NCBI GenBank assembly: GCA_950097015.1
Contig: CATNEN010000001.1
Location: 15,314,001 to 15,378,000, forward strand
Direction of reading: 5' to 3'
DNA length: 64,000 nucleotides
Source: Macrostomum hystrix
Lineage: Eukaryota; Animalia; Platyhelminthes
The position numbers were made by a program, and so were the translations under genes. Shown here in pieces: positions 27,101 through 36,849 of the stretch (within the stretch, counting starts at the first letter, position 1; each line of letters opens with the position of its first letter). The notes beneath the pieces are model-generated. The model did no database searches. It was not told the origin of the DNA and saw only the letters and a program-made list of their open reading frames with translations.

Positions 27101-27324
27101 GTGCTATTTCCAATGTTGGCATTCGATGGTAGTTTTTTTAACTTGCCTTTGGGAAAATGTTTGTTAATAAGTCTTAAGCCAGATGATGCATCAAAGAACT
27201 CTAGGACCAGTTCATCTTGTCCTGAAGAGGCAGCTGTTATTAAATTTAAGCTTGGTATAAATGTTAGTGACTCAACTGATTGATTAGAATGCAACGAAAT
27301 TATCTTCTCTTTCGTTAACTCCAT
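1..27324 (-). CDS. BIRC6: BIRC6/BRUCE/Apollon giant IAP (E2/E3), 13 exons in window, 3' end (UBC domain) outside the window
   Basis: BIR domain (SEANRRETYVSWPHMHYKWALPEAMAAAGFYH...DRALCFACTVCLVAWEPTDEPWSEHERHAPNC) plus BIRC6-specific blocks: RRDLNGTLLLD, GARRFVILDFGHPVLLTD, AAWSYNFFPEEAYVELSI, LILQVLLEDE, FGLFLRLPGY...AQCLLRL. Splice phases of all 12 introns join consistently. Confidence 0.96.
1098..1500 (+). mobile_element. tRNA-derived SINE, family A, near full length with (TTA)n tail
   Basis: A-box-like TGGCAGAGAGGTCTAACGCG, B-box-like GAGCTCGATTCC. Body shared with 4 other copies in the window; (TAT/TTA)n tail ~1425-1500. Confidence 0.85.
1522..2260 (-). CDS. BIRC6: BIRC6 exon 12
   Basis: GTCCAG|GTA acceptor (VLLEDER), CTG|GTAAGA donor. 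HPKLGSGSRHR and LPAELTLAQL motifs. Confidence 0.87.
2275..2590. repeat. 41-bp minisatellite in BIRC6 intron 11
   Basis: GATTAGGATCATGGGTGACAGACTAGATATTATTGATAAGA starts at 2370, 2411 and 2452; degenerate edges. Confidence 0.9.
2631..3542 (-). CDS. BIRC6: BIRC6 exon 11
   Basis: ACCCAG|GTA acceptor, CAG|GTTAGT donor, 304 codons ending FLRRLILQ. Confidence 0.85.
3590..5115. repeat. Compound minisatellite (~30-bp unit built from 14-16-bp subunits) in BIRC6 intron 10
   Basis: GGGTGTCCTTTGTACAGTGTCTTTAGTACA and variants, grading into GTGTCTTTCGTACAAG. Confidence 0.95.
5167..6678 (-). CDS. BIRC6: BIRC6 exon 10
   Basis: AATCAG|GCT acceptor, CTG|GTTAGT donor, 504 codons. PHRRSKSAAWSYNFFPEEA motif. 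Confidence 0.85.
6830..7915. repeat. 21-bp minisatellite in BIRC6 intron 9, plus a short second 21-bp array at ~7790-7915
   Basis: (CTGCCCTCTACCTCCCTACAA)n, then CCTACAAATGCTTCATGCTTC-like units. Confidence 0.95.
7932..8330 (-). CDS. BIRC6: BIRC6 exon 9
   Basis: CTCTCAG|GTG acceptor, ATG|GTGAGC donor, 133 codons. Confidence 0.82.
8378..9975. repeat. 24-bp minisatellite in BIRC6 intron 8
   Basis: (AAAACAGATCCAGATAGACTACTC)n. Confidence 0.97.
10106..10611 (-). CDS. BIRC6: BIRC6 exon 8
   Basis: CCTGCAG|GC acceptor, TCG|GTGAGG donor. GYGALDLQARL motif. Confidence 0.82.
11150..11410 (-). mobile_element. tRNA-derived SINE, family B (CORE-like), in BIRC6 intron 7
   Basis: Closely matches 35998-36229; tRNA head with GGTTCGATTC B-box on the minus strand. 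Confidence 0.85.
11565..13410 (-). CDS. BIRC6: BIRC6 exon 7
   Basis: TTGCAG|AAC acceptor (NWELLGWLLLL), GCG|GTGAGT donor. The upstream part of ORF 11554..14322 is intronic repeat. Confidence 0.87.
13480..14385. repeat. 30-bp minisatellite in BIRC6 intron 6
   Basis: (GAGGAATCGACCGAGAACAGTTTAACAGAA)n with recurring variant blocks. Confidence 0.96.
14404..15033 (-). CDS. BIRC6: BIRC6 exon 6
   Basis: CATCTAG|GTC acceptor, CAG|GTCAGA donor, 210 codons, phase 0/0. Confidence 0.85.
15130..17540. repeat. 33-bp minisatellite in BIRC6 intron 5
   Basis: (CTCATGGGATTATAGCCAGACAGTAGCCTACAT)n. Confidence 0.97.
17591..18951 (-). CDS. BIRC6: BIRC6 exon 5
   Basis: TTCAG|GC acceptor, CAG|GTTCGC donor. GLIEVEPLHFTC and GARRFVILDFG motifs. 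Confidence 0.9.
19085..19565. repeat. 21/23-bp minisatellite in BIRC6 intron 4
   Basis: (GATTCACAGACTAGGGATAGT[GT])n. Confidence 0.95.
19641..21966 (-). CDS. BIRC6: BIRC6 exon 4
   Basis: AAACAG|GTT acceptor, GTG|GTGAGT donor (phase 1). LLELTQYEFMTPRFMATV and PLEPELFD motifs. Confidence 0.9.
22070..22515. repeat. 21-bp minisatellite in BIRC6 intron 3
   Basis: (TGTGCTTCAGTTCTAACAATC)n. Confidence 0.95.
22613..23974 (-). CDS. BIRC6: BIRC6 exon 3 (contains the BIR domain)
   Basis: CCCTAG|GCC acceptor, CCG|GTGGGT donor, 454 codons. CxxC...H...C BIR zinc ligands present. Confidence 0.93.
24135..24495. repeat. 43-45-bp minisatellite in BIRC6 intron 2
   Basis: (TGATATTCGAGCCTCAAAAGCTCTCTACTCTGATTGGCTGGTCTA)n; each unit has an ATTGG (CCAAT) motif. 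Confidence 0.92.
24580..24758 (-). CDS. BIRC6: BIRC6 exon 2
   Basis: Acceptor TTCAGCAG|AT, donor GAT|GTAAGT. Encodes ...AVRRDLNGTLLLD...LDLTVSD. Confidence 0.9.
27147..27324 (-). CDS. BIRC6: BIRC6 exon 1 (ATG at 27324; GC donor after 27147, or alternative GT donor after 27066)
   Basis: MELTKEK...SLTFIPSLNLITAASS...FDASSG resembles the BIRC6 N-terminal propeller. AAAG|GCAAGT and CCAG|GTAAC are both phase 1. Confidence 0.75.
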
Positions 27325-27974
27325 TGCAATAATTTAAGGCAGGGTTGGAAAACACAACACTACAGCATAATAGAGTATCTAGCACTAAATGTCTAGACTC
27401 TATTAGGGCATGATGCCTAAAGAAAGACTACAGTTGTATATCACAAAATGAATGTATTATATTTTTAACCGTATTTAATGTCGACAACAAAGATCCTTTT
27501 GCGAATTTTCGATCGATTATTTAACGTCTTCTAGTAGATTCTCGAAAGGGTTTCGGTTTTCTTAAAATTCAGTTCACGCAAATTTCGAGAAGTTAAAAAA
27601 GTTCGAAAAAAGGCACACATATGAAACAACATATTTGACATTTGGTGGTTTTAAATAGCTACATATTTATATTATGTTCTTTTGCACTGAAGCTTGCTTT
27701 TAAAATTTAACTTTCCAACCCTTCATTAGCAAAAAGTTATCAAGTTAAAAATCATGATAACGAGTTCAGTGCTTTTTGCGTATAAAGAACTTAACTTTAA
27801 TCAGAACTGTGATGCTGTGATAAGTGTATAACTCATATATTCGTACCAAAACTCGCATGCATTTAGAAATTTCCGTTTTCAGGTTGCTCGTTCTCACAGG
27901 TAATAAATAAATGAAAAGTCCATCAATAAGTCCGTAGAACTGGGGGCATGTATGTTTGGTGATCAATTGAGGCA

Positions 27975-28215
27975 GTGAGAAGACCGCCGTGCTCTGCGTG
28001 CCGGATGAAATCAGGGCTCAGGCGCTTACAGGCAGACAACTGAGCTTCTCGCTGTCAGCATTTCGTCTACCTCGGTGGTCTGGTACTGTGGCGTTGTCGC
28101 CTGGGCTGCATTGCTGGCGCTGTCATGCAGTCCGATAAGGCCCTACCTGATCGCCAGAGGGTGGAGCTTTTCCACGCACTGGTCGAGACCGTCATGTTGG
28201 ACAATGCCGGGACAA
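27975..28215 (+). mobile_element. Degenerate non-LTR retrotransposon fragment (RT C-terminal/thumb region, RTE-like)
   Basis: Fragments QHFVYLGGLV, AWAA and ALPDRQRVELFHALVETVMLDNAGT resemble the FxYLG...AWAAF...LF.A.VE.VLLY.AETW region of LINE ORF2. Confidence 0.65.
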
Positions 28216-28815
28216 AACAGCAGGCAAACGTACATACTTTTATGTTATATTATAGCTATTGCCACTCACTCGCACGTTCACAGCATTATGCATGCACAGT
28301 ATTTAAATTATTATTACGGAACAATATAGAAATGTACATACCTAAAAAATAAATCAAAATATCGCTCTCCAGCGGACATACTACAATGAATAGAGAATAG
28401 ATCAAGTAGACTTGATGTGTTATCAAACACGGACTGCTTGCTCATCAGTAAAAAGTTGGCAGTAGCAAATAGTTGCAAATTGAGACATCTTATCAAACAT
28501 TGACTGCTTGCAACTGGGAGAGCGAATTGTTAAAAATGAAAGCCAAACAGCAGCTACTTTCAGTGCTGTTCGCTGCTGCCTGTCAGAATTCACCTTTGAC
28601 GGTGCTGCCTAGCTTGCGAGGGTCGCTGGGCCAGCTCCGCTCAAACAGAAGGCAATCACGCCTCTGCAATGCATTGTTTCAGTGGCAGAAAATGTTGGAC
28701 TGTTCCAGATTTGCAAATAAAGCTCCATTTAACTTTCAGCAGTTCCTATTTCGCAGATAAAATTCAATGCGTAGCACAATAGGCTTGAGTTCACAAATTC
28801 ACTCCGAAGTTCACA

Positions 28816-31572
28816 ATGGGATTGACGGTGTTAGCTGCTCTGCTGCTTGTTTGCACCACCGGTGAGTACTGCTGCTGCTGCTTTCGTCTGGGGGGGGAAA
28901 TCTTTAGCCAGTCCTGCCACTGCACAATGTGGCTACTGCAGTGTGGATCCCTGACCAGCTCAGAACAGGTAGTGAAGTAGCTGCTGCTGAAGCTCGTAGG
29001 TGCTTCACCAATCGTATTCTCTGGTGGCTTCCATCGATTAATGAGAAAAATACAAATTGCAGGAGGGCTGCGGGCAATGGCACATCATTTGGTGACAGTA
29101 GACCCAGAGCCAGCGAGGAGGCAATTCTGCCCGTTTCGCTGACTCTTGAGTACACAAGCACACAGTTACCGTACGCAGGCACACACTCACACAGGATGTG
29201 TACATCTGCCATTTTTTTTCATCGTCTGGCAGTGTACTGCACACTCACTGTGTCTTGGAGCTTGGAATGTGGCGAATGGTGCCCAGGACCTTGGTACGAA
29301 GGGCAAGCGTGTTAGACAGCATTGTACTCAGCCCCGGCTTCCATCTCAAGAGAGTCAAGGGCTCGGAATTTGTTCCTGCTGACAAATCTGCTATCCACGA
29401 GTTCTTATAAATTTTGGCAATGTCTCTCGCAGAAGCGCAGCTAATCGAGTTTCATAGGTGTTCTTTCACCCTCGCAATGTGATGCAGTGACGCAAGCTGC
29501 TACCGGAAAGCGATTTGAACTTCAGACCAGCGGGTCCATCACACTGAATAACTCGGTGAGCAGCAGACTGCTCAACCAGTCCGGATTCCGCTCCTCTGCC
29601 GAGTGCCTGTACTGGTGCGATGACAGAGACTGCGCTGCCGCACTGCTGAATGAGACCAGCCGCGTCTGCCAGATGCTCATCATCAACGACGAGTCGTCGG
29701 GTCAGCCTGGGTCGAACGGCAGTCACGGCAGTGAGTGAGTGAGAACGGCAGTGAGTCAGTTGAAATCCGGTATAGAAAAATTCCAGCGGGTAGCTGTAAC
29801 CAGAAGCAGACCAATCTGATACTGTGTTTGGGATTGTAGAATTGGGGTTGAGGAACTGGGATTATGGGGTTATACCTGATTCAGGTAAATTCGGTCGCAT
29901 GACAAAAAACACCTGGTTAAAGGTAATCGTCGCCGTGAAGCATAAAACGTTTATTATATTTTTACAAAAGTATTTTTTAACCCAGTTCCAGTCACTTCAG
30001 CCATATGCTCTGCAGTCGCTCTCCAGTATAATCCATGCTTTATATTTGTCCAACAACAAAATAACTATTTTTACAGTGCATTCCTTGCTTACTACTCACA
30101 CCTGGCTGGCTACCTGTGAGCAGCCGATCTCTCTCACTGCCGCATGCCACTCCGACTCACCAAACAGACAGCAGCTCCGGCCGGAACAGATCGGTTCAAC
30201 TCTTCTCCGTGCCGTTCGCTGCCTGCTTCCGCATCGAGGCCTTCGGAGCTGCTGGGGGCAACTCGACAAATCCGAGCCGCGGTGGCAGGGGCGCCTCAGC
30301 CGCTGGGAGCTTCTGGCTCGCCGCTGGCATCCGACTGGGCATTGTGGTCGGACAGGCGGGTGGTAATTCGAAATGCGAATTCGGCGCAGGGGGTGGCGGT
30401 GGCAGCTTCGTGTACATCAGCAACGGCATCGGCAGTCCTCGGCTGCTCCTGGCTGCTGGAGGAGGAGGCGGGGCGTCAGAGATTTATAGTAAGTGAACTG
30501 AGGCTCTGAATAAAGTTTTTACTTGTTAGTGATCGCAACGGTTGAGTCTGTGCCATCTCAGGCTCATGATGCAGCCTTTGTAGGCCCAGAGCTCAAGCAT
30601 TCAGCCAGGGTCACAGATAACAGAGCAGGATCAGCTGTTGCAGCGTCTGTGGCCAGGAGTTGCTGGGCAGGAAGGACCATAGATGTCGAGGCTCTGATCG
30701 GCAGGCGTCATATTTAACGGACTTATACTTTCAAAGCTGCAGTGCAGCAGATTTAGACAGAAGCAAAATGTAACATTTTCATCGAACACAGACACTCACT
30801 TTAAGCTTACTTAGTACATAGTAGTATTAAGTAGTATCAGATGAAAATTAGCACGCAGATTCGAGGCAGTTGGTAGACAGATACGCACGTACTCGAGGAT
30901 CTTTAGGTTTGAAGTTCAGGAAATTATTGAGAAGCTCATATATTCGCACATTAGTTTAGAAGTGACAGTAAGTGAAAATTGAAATAGGAAAATCGGCAAG
31001 TCCGCCTGGTTTTGAGACTTAGCAATAATTTAGAAACTTGCAGCTCACCGAGCGGTATGCCAGCTGAGCTGATTGACAGAAAACATGGAAACCCATGGCA
31101 TGCCCGCTGAAATCCCAGATGGCGTGAGTGGCTACGGCGGCATTAACGGCACGGACAGCTGGCCGAAGAACAACTGGACTGGCGCTGGAGGAGCTGCCGG
31201 TCAGCCGGGTCTGGTGGCGCCCAATCGCTACAACCCCCTCGACTCGTGCGGCGGTGCCGGCGCCGGCTGGCTCGGCTCGGCCCAGCCCAGCAGCATTTAC
31301 TTCGCTGATCCCGGAGGTCTTGGTCTGAGCTCGCAGCTCCCCCCTGCCCCACTGGCGGAGGCGGCGCTGGCGGCGGCTGCTGCATGGACGCTGGCACCGG
31401 TGCTGGCGGTGGAGGCGGCGGATTCAGCGGCAGAGGCACCGGCACAAACCCAGGACAGGCTGGAGGTGGCGGCGGCTCCTTTTGCAGCGGCTTCGGCTGC
31501 GCCACCGCCACGGGCGCCATCTCGGAGCCGCAGGGCCGCGTGCTGCTGAGTGTGTCTGCGGCCTGCGGCTGA
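28816..31572 (+). pseudogene. Secreted PAN/apple-like + ALK/LTK-type glycine-rich domain gene, 4 exons (28816-28861, 29488-29730, 30077-30488, 31119-31572), apparently frameshifted twice
   Basis: Signal peptide MGLTVLAALLLVCTT|gtgagt; SAECLYWCDDRDCAAALLN...VCQML; VQLFSVP...FRIEAFGAAGG...GGRGA...LGIVVGQAG...GAGGGGGSFVY...LLLAAGGGGGAS; GGAGAGW...GGGGGFSG...AGGGGGSFC. All introns are phase 1. Frame changes near 30150-30190 and 31330-31350. Confidence 0.72.
29055..29336 (-). mobile_element. SINE family A copy (in intron 1 of the glycine-rich gene)
   Basis: Reverse complement of the 1098-1428 body with an internal deletion. Confidence 0.85.
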
Positions 31573-31611
31573 CGCTCAGAGTAAGGGGGGAGCCGCCAAA
31601 CTGTGCCACAG

Positions 31612-31860
31612 GTGGCGACAGTTGGTGACAGGTGGTGACAGGTGGTGACAGGTGGTGACAGGTGGTGACAGATGGTGACAGGTGGTGACAGGTGGTGACA
31701 GGTGGTGACAGGTGGTGACAGGTGGTGACAGCTGGGGACAGATGGTGACAGATGGTGACAGATGGTGACAGATGGTGACAGATGGTGACAGGTGGTGACA
31801 GGTGGTGACAGGTGGTGACAGGTGGTGACAGGTGGTGACAGATGGTGACAGGTGGTGACA
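31612..31860. repeat. 10-bp tandem repeat
   Basis: (GGTGGTGACA / GATGGTGACA)n. Confidence 0.95.
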
Positions 31861-32994
31861 TTTTCTTACATATTTAAACTCCTAATTTACTGCTAGTAAG
31901 CTCGTGATATGAAAATTATGCTTTCTTAACCAAAATTTTGTTAATCAGAAAAATTCACTGTGTACTCTCACAACATGTTGCTTGCACAAACCTCTAAGAG
32001 TCTAATTATACAAGTTGTATAACCTAGAATTCTGCTTAATCGCTAATATCCCCTTTCTTTTAAAAAACTACTGCTTCAACATCACAAATACTACTGATTC
32101 ACTATAATTACAGTTTAGTAAGCACAAACACCTTATTGTTATTTATTGTCTTGCCTAAACCTAAATCTAGTTTAAGAGGACAACTAAAAAAACGCTATGG
32201 ACCAAATTGATGCTTCTTGGACCAAATTAAATGCCGCTGTGGCATCCTTGTGACCATAGACTAAAGCTGAAATAAAAAGCAGATCTCGGACTAAATTTAG
32301 TATAAGATAAGATAAAATATAGTTTTTTCTGCTGAGACATGTAGTTTCTTGAGTGAAAAAATTCTCAGTTTTACTCTAAACATTGTCCATCACTAGGGAC
32401 CCACCTTGCTCAGCTCCCTGACCCACCCGCGAGCTCTTCAGCAGGGTCTTTGCCAGAGAGCACTACGTGAGAACCATTGTGCTTTAGTAACGAAATTATA
32501 TAATAAGTAGACAAATCAGGATTTAAGGGTATTTGGAGGGCCGTACAGTAATATCGCTTGAATGGAAATGTTAGACATTCATCTGCACCAAGCTGTTGCG
32601 AAAATTAGCGACGTCAAAAAATTGGACTGGATACTCTTCCATTGCTCAAGGAACCAGTAAATTGTATGTCATGTTCCCACTGCCTGCTACTGCCTTGCGA
32701 GTTGCGCGTTGTAGACAGGTTGCTTATGTTGTGAGCTGCGTCTCACAATGCTTTTGTCCGACCCCTGCGTTCTCTAACCCCTCCACCCCCAGCCACCTGC
32801 TCAATCCAGTTCTACCCGGCCCCGTCTTAGCCCCGTGTGCCCCCGTACCCCACCCTCCTTTATCTTTGTTTTTCGCTCGTCCATTGGCTGCCCCCTGCGC
32901 CGTCTTCGCTTTGGGGACTAGCCCAATCAGGTCTCTCGCCAAGGAGACTTCTGATTGGCTAGCCTTCCTCCTTTGCGCACGCGAAGGAGCCTTC

Positions 32995-33145
32995 CTCCTA
33001 GCCTAGCCTAGCCTAGCCTAGCCGAGCCTAGCCTTCCTCCTCTCGGCTCTCCACCCTGTGAGTTTTCCCCCACCCCCAGCCCTGCGTGGCTTAGCCCCAC
33101 CCCCAGCCCTGCGTGGCTTAGCCCCACCACAGCCCAGCGTGGCTC
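32995..33145. repeat. (CCTAG)n microsatellite followed by ~3 copies of a ~29-bp unit
   Basis: cctagcctagcctag... then CCCCAGCCCTGCGTGGCTTAGCCCCAC repeats. Confidence 0.75.
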
Positions 33146-34506
33146 CGCTCTGCCCCGTCCAGCCCTAAGCTCTCGCCCCCACCCCACGCTGTTATTTATT
33201 CACGTGCGCTGCCCGTGGCCAGCTCACCCGCGCCGCTCCGACCGAGCACTGCCTTGAGAACGCTGTCTTGAGCTAGAGCTATCACTTAAATATGAGGTTA
33301 GGCGCGAACGATTGCTACAGAATAAATTACGCAGCCTGAGATACTTCGATTGCTATGAGTGCAGGGTTCGATCCCTTCCGGTAAGAAAAGCTTTAACAAG
33401 TTTTTTTTGTCCCTGCTCCAAACTTGTTCATCTGCCCGACATCTGCTACGTCCAAAGCTCTTCATCATTATCTTTCTCCTCCAGAGTCTTCTCTCGAGTC
33501 TGCGAAGCGTCGGTACGCCTCCAGACCGTCATCCAGCTCTCTCTGGGGCTGTCGAGGGGCTACCTACTCGCAGTCAAATCACTCGCGCATCCTTCTGTGC
33601 CGGGCTTAGCGAGTGTCTATACGCTCCAAGCCCATTCCGTTTCCGCACGGAGTGTCTGAACGCCTCGAGGGTCGCCGCTTCCCATCCATCCTTCCCGGCA
33701 AGCTTTGGGCAGTCCTTACCCGAACCCTGACTACCTGCGAACCGCCGACGGTAGCGGCAACTACAACACTTAGTCTACTACAGCAGTTAGCTACTTATAC
33801 ATTTGTATTAAAACGTCCGAAGCGTCCTGAACAGTGGCAAATGTTTTTGACGACCAGGATGAGATCGCCCCTCAAATCTACGAATGCATGGGTACATCAA
33901 AGGGTACCCGTCTACATATGCGTGTATTTAATATGCGGTATCCGAGGGGCTCCATGGGCAGGCAGTCGCGGAAACGTGCGAAGATCTCGAGTCTCACAAG
34001 GCATCTCAGTGTACTGACCCACCCAGCGCCCACCCACTGGGGGCGGTGCAGTAGCCAATGCGAGTGAGAATGTGTGAGCGAAAGCAGCAGAGCAGATGAA
34101 AGGTCTGGCCCAGCATGCAGATTTGCACTTCAAGCTCGCTATAAATTTGTTTTCGACCCTCTAGGACTCCAACTAAAATCAGTGGCTTAGAGCAGTGCCA
34201 AAATAAGTCGGGGTGAAAGAAACTACACCGACGAAAGCCATTTTTTCAAAGAATAATAGAAGATAGATAAGCAATGAATAATGGCCCGACTGTGCAGAGC
34301 TTCGTCCAAACTCGTCCCAGCATTGAAAGCTCGGAGCCTGCCAAACTCTTGTCTTCTCTGTTTTCTACGTCTACGACAGAATTTCTTAGGCTTGAATAAA
34401 AGTGGGTTTCAAACAGAAGTTTTTTCATTCTCAACGCGCGCATTAAAACAACTTTCGACCCACCCACACAGATACAGCTCTGAAAGCTTTGGAGGCTAGT
34501 TGAGAC

Positions 34507-35565
34507 ATGTCGATTCAGTCGCTGTCTTCAGTTCAGCGCGGCCATAAGTTGCTCAAGACAAAAGCGAAGGTGCTCGGCAGATTTTTGATTCGGCCTGATG
34601 AAGAATTCAACGCCATGGTTGCCAGGCAGCTAATTGACAAGGCCAAAAAACGGCATGCCAATGTGTCAACTGAGCTGCGAGTGTTTGACACAGGTGTGCA
34701 GCTAGGAGATCACGGCGTCTTTGCCTCCATGCCGCTTGAGTTCATTCGCTACCACCGTCTCTCCGACATCATCGTCCTAACCAATGAGCCAGCTACCGTT
34801 GTAGTCTGCGTGAAGGACTACGAGCAGCGTTGTGTTACGGTGATGAGGCTGAAGGACTCAGTCAGCGTGAAAGTGGTTACCGACGTTATCAACAGGCAAC
34901 GAACATCATACATGGAAGAATTCGCCAAGTCTTCTATGCTTGGCTCCACTCTGCATAGACGGGTGCAGCAGGAATCTACCGCCTACGTCAGGAACGGAAG
35001 CAATACCGCAGGCAGGAGTAACGGTGAGGCGCGAGACTTTATTGACGGCGACAGATTTCAAAATGGCATCGAGCCGGACTACGCAGTGATCAGCAGGCGG
35101 GATGCCAGCTCGATTAAGCCACCGGCACCCCCGGCGCCGGCGCAGAAGTCGACAATGCAAGGTTCAAGCAACAGCGGTGGATTCTTTACGAGAATCACAG
35201 TTCCCGCAGGACCAGCTCACCAGCAGCAGCAGCAACAGACGAGCGACTGGCAGACAGAAATTCAGCATCGACAATCGCTTCACGAGCAGTACCAGGCCAG
35301 ACGATCCCAGCTACTACAGTCTGCCCAGAAGGGCAACAGCACGGATGACTTGGAGGTGGCGGCTGTATTTGAGACACGTGACGGGCCACCAACGCTGCTG
35401 AATGAGCCAAGTCGCTACGTTGCGAGAGTGACTGACGGCGCAGTGAGCACTTACGAGCTGGAGGAACGGCAGAGACATAGTCAAGGACCTGCGGCTGGCG
35501 ATGGGGCCAACTGGCGTTTGGCCCAGCGGGGACACTTTTACAAAGGCAGCAGAGCCGCTTATTGA
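34507..35565 (+). CDS. Intronless 352-aa protein: N-terminal PH/PTB-like domain (flatworm type) plus disordered C-terminus
   Basis: Clean ORF. N-terminal ~130 aa have the strand/helix pattern of PTB/PH folds (KAKVLGRF...helix...ELRVFDTGVQL...YHRLSDIIV...VVVCVK...VMRLKD...helix). AATAAA near 35680. Confidence 0.75.
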   Translation: MSIQSLSSVQRGHKLLKTKAKVLGRFLIRPDEEFNAMVARQLIDKAKKRHANVSTELRVFDTGVQLGDHGVFASMPLEFIRYHRLSDIIVLTNEPATVVVCVKDYEQRCVTVMRLKDSVSVKVVTDVINRQRTSYMEEFAKSSMLGSTLHRRVQQESTAYVRNGSNTAGRSNGEARDFIDGDRFQNGIEPDYAVISRRDASSIKPPAPPAPAQKSTMQGSSNSGGFFTRITVPAGPAHQQQQQQTSDWQTEIQHRQSLHEQYQARRSQLLQSAQKGNSTDDLEVAAVFETRDGPPTLLNEPSRYVARVTDGAVSTYELEERQRHSQGPAAGDGANWRLAQRGHFYKGSRAAY

Positions 35566-35997
35566 GTGGATCAAAGGAATTACAGGAGACTATAGGTGTT
35601 GAAGAACATGTCTTGTGTGTGTGAATCGCTGGAGGATTAGGCTAAGATTAGAATAGCTTTAACTTTTTTGCATGCACTCAATAAAAAACACGTTGTTTGA
35701 GGCGCCTTTTAAATCGACCGTATTTTTCAGACTCTTCAAAGTTTTAAATCGAATATTTATATTTTAGAAAACTTTTGCCATTTAATTTACTTGTAACACC
35801 TTTGTAACTAGGAGCACCCGATTTTTTTGAAGATACCTGTACTATCGTTTTGAAGTGAATCATCAATTAAGTTCTATCGTATTTGATTTCTGTGACTTTT
35901 ATTTTTATTTATTAAATAATGGTTACTACTAATAATAACGGATTTGAACTGCCACAATTTGGCGCGATGTGCAGCCGACAGCACAGCCGCAGCTATT

Positions 35998-36229
35998 GCG
36001 CGGCGAATCGGAAGGCTGCGTACGGCTGTTCAGTCCATGGACTGGGGGGACGCCACACCCACCTTTAATTATCCTAGCTGATGCTGGTACCCATTTAACA
36101 GCTGGGTGAACTGAAGCAATGCAGAGTTAAGTGTCTTGCTAAAGGACACAAATTGTTCCAGTGGAGTCGGGAATCGAACCCCCGACCTTCAAGTCGTGAG
36201 TCCGACGCTCTAACCACTAGGCTACAACC
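35998..36229 (-). mobile_element. tRNA-derived SINE, family B (CORE-like), with well-preserved tRNA head
   Basis: Minus strand: GGTTGTAGCCTAGTGGTTAGAGCGTCGGACTC...GGTTCGATTCCC, then TGTGTCCTTTAGCAAGACACTTAACTCTGCATTGCTTCAGTTCACCCAGCTGTTAAATGGGTAC. Confidence 0.87.
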
Positions 36230-36849
36230 TCTTTCAGTCCTACGGAGCAACCAGATTGACATAATAAGATGAGCTGAAGTAACTTTTGGCTACAATTTCG
36301 TTAATTTAGCTCATGTATTCCCTACGTAGTGGCAAATTCGGATAATCAATTTACCCTTTTGTTTTTCTTTCATCGCTTTCAACAGGTTTTCGACAGCGAT
36401 TCTTGTCGAAGACCCTGGTGACAAGAACAACTAACATTGCTCTGTATGAACCTCAATGGCGAATCCATATTGGTTCAAAAATAAAAAAATAAGCAATAAA
36501 ATCAATCCAAAATCGTCAACAATAATTGCCGACATGGTTAAATGATGGAGTTTTGTGAGCAGAGATTATGCATATTGGTAGTTTTTGCCACCACTCACCC
36601 CGACGAGAATAGTTGACTATCTCGACGATGCCGATGTCTTGTGCTTCTGGAAGTTGTTTCATCGGATAACGCGGAAAATTTCAGTCAAGTCGAGTCAATT
36701 ACAAGCATGCTTCACAACGAATCACTTCCTAGACCTAGCCTCTGAATATCCACTTCCAGCTTCTCCATCATAGAGCCGTGATCTTTTCCAGGCTTGGTAA
36801 AGTTGCGGCGCTTGCCCTGAAGGTGCTGGCCTGGAACACGATGTAGTTT

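Noticed and set aside
36155-36229. Functional tRNA gene
   Set aside because: The acceptor stem pairs poorly and it runs straight into a SINE body that is repeated at 11150-11410.
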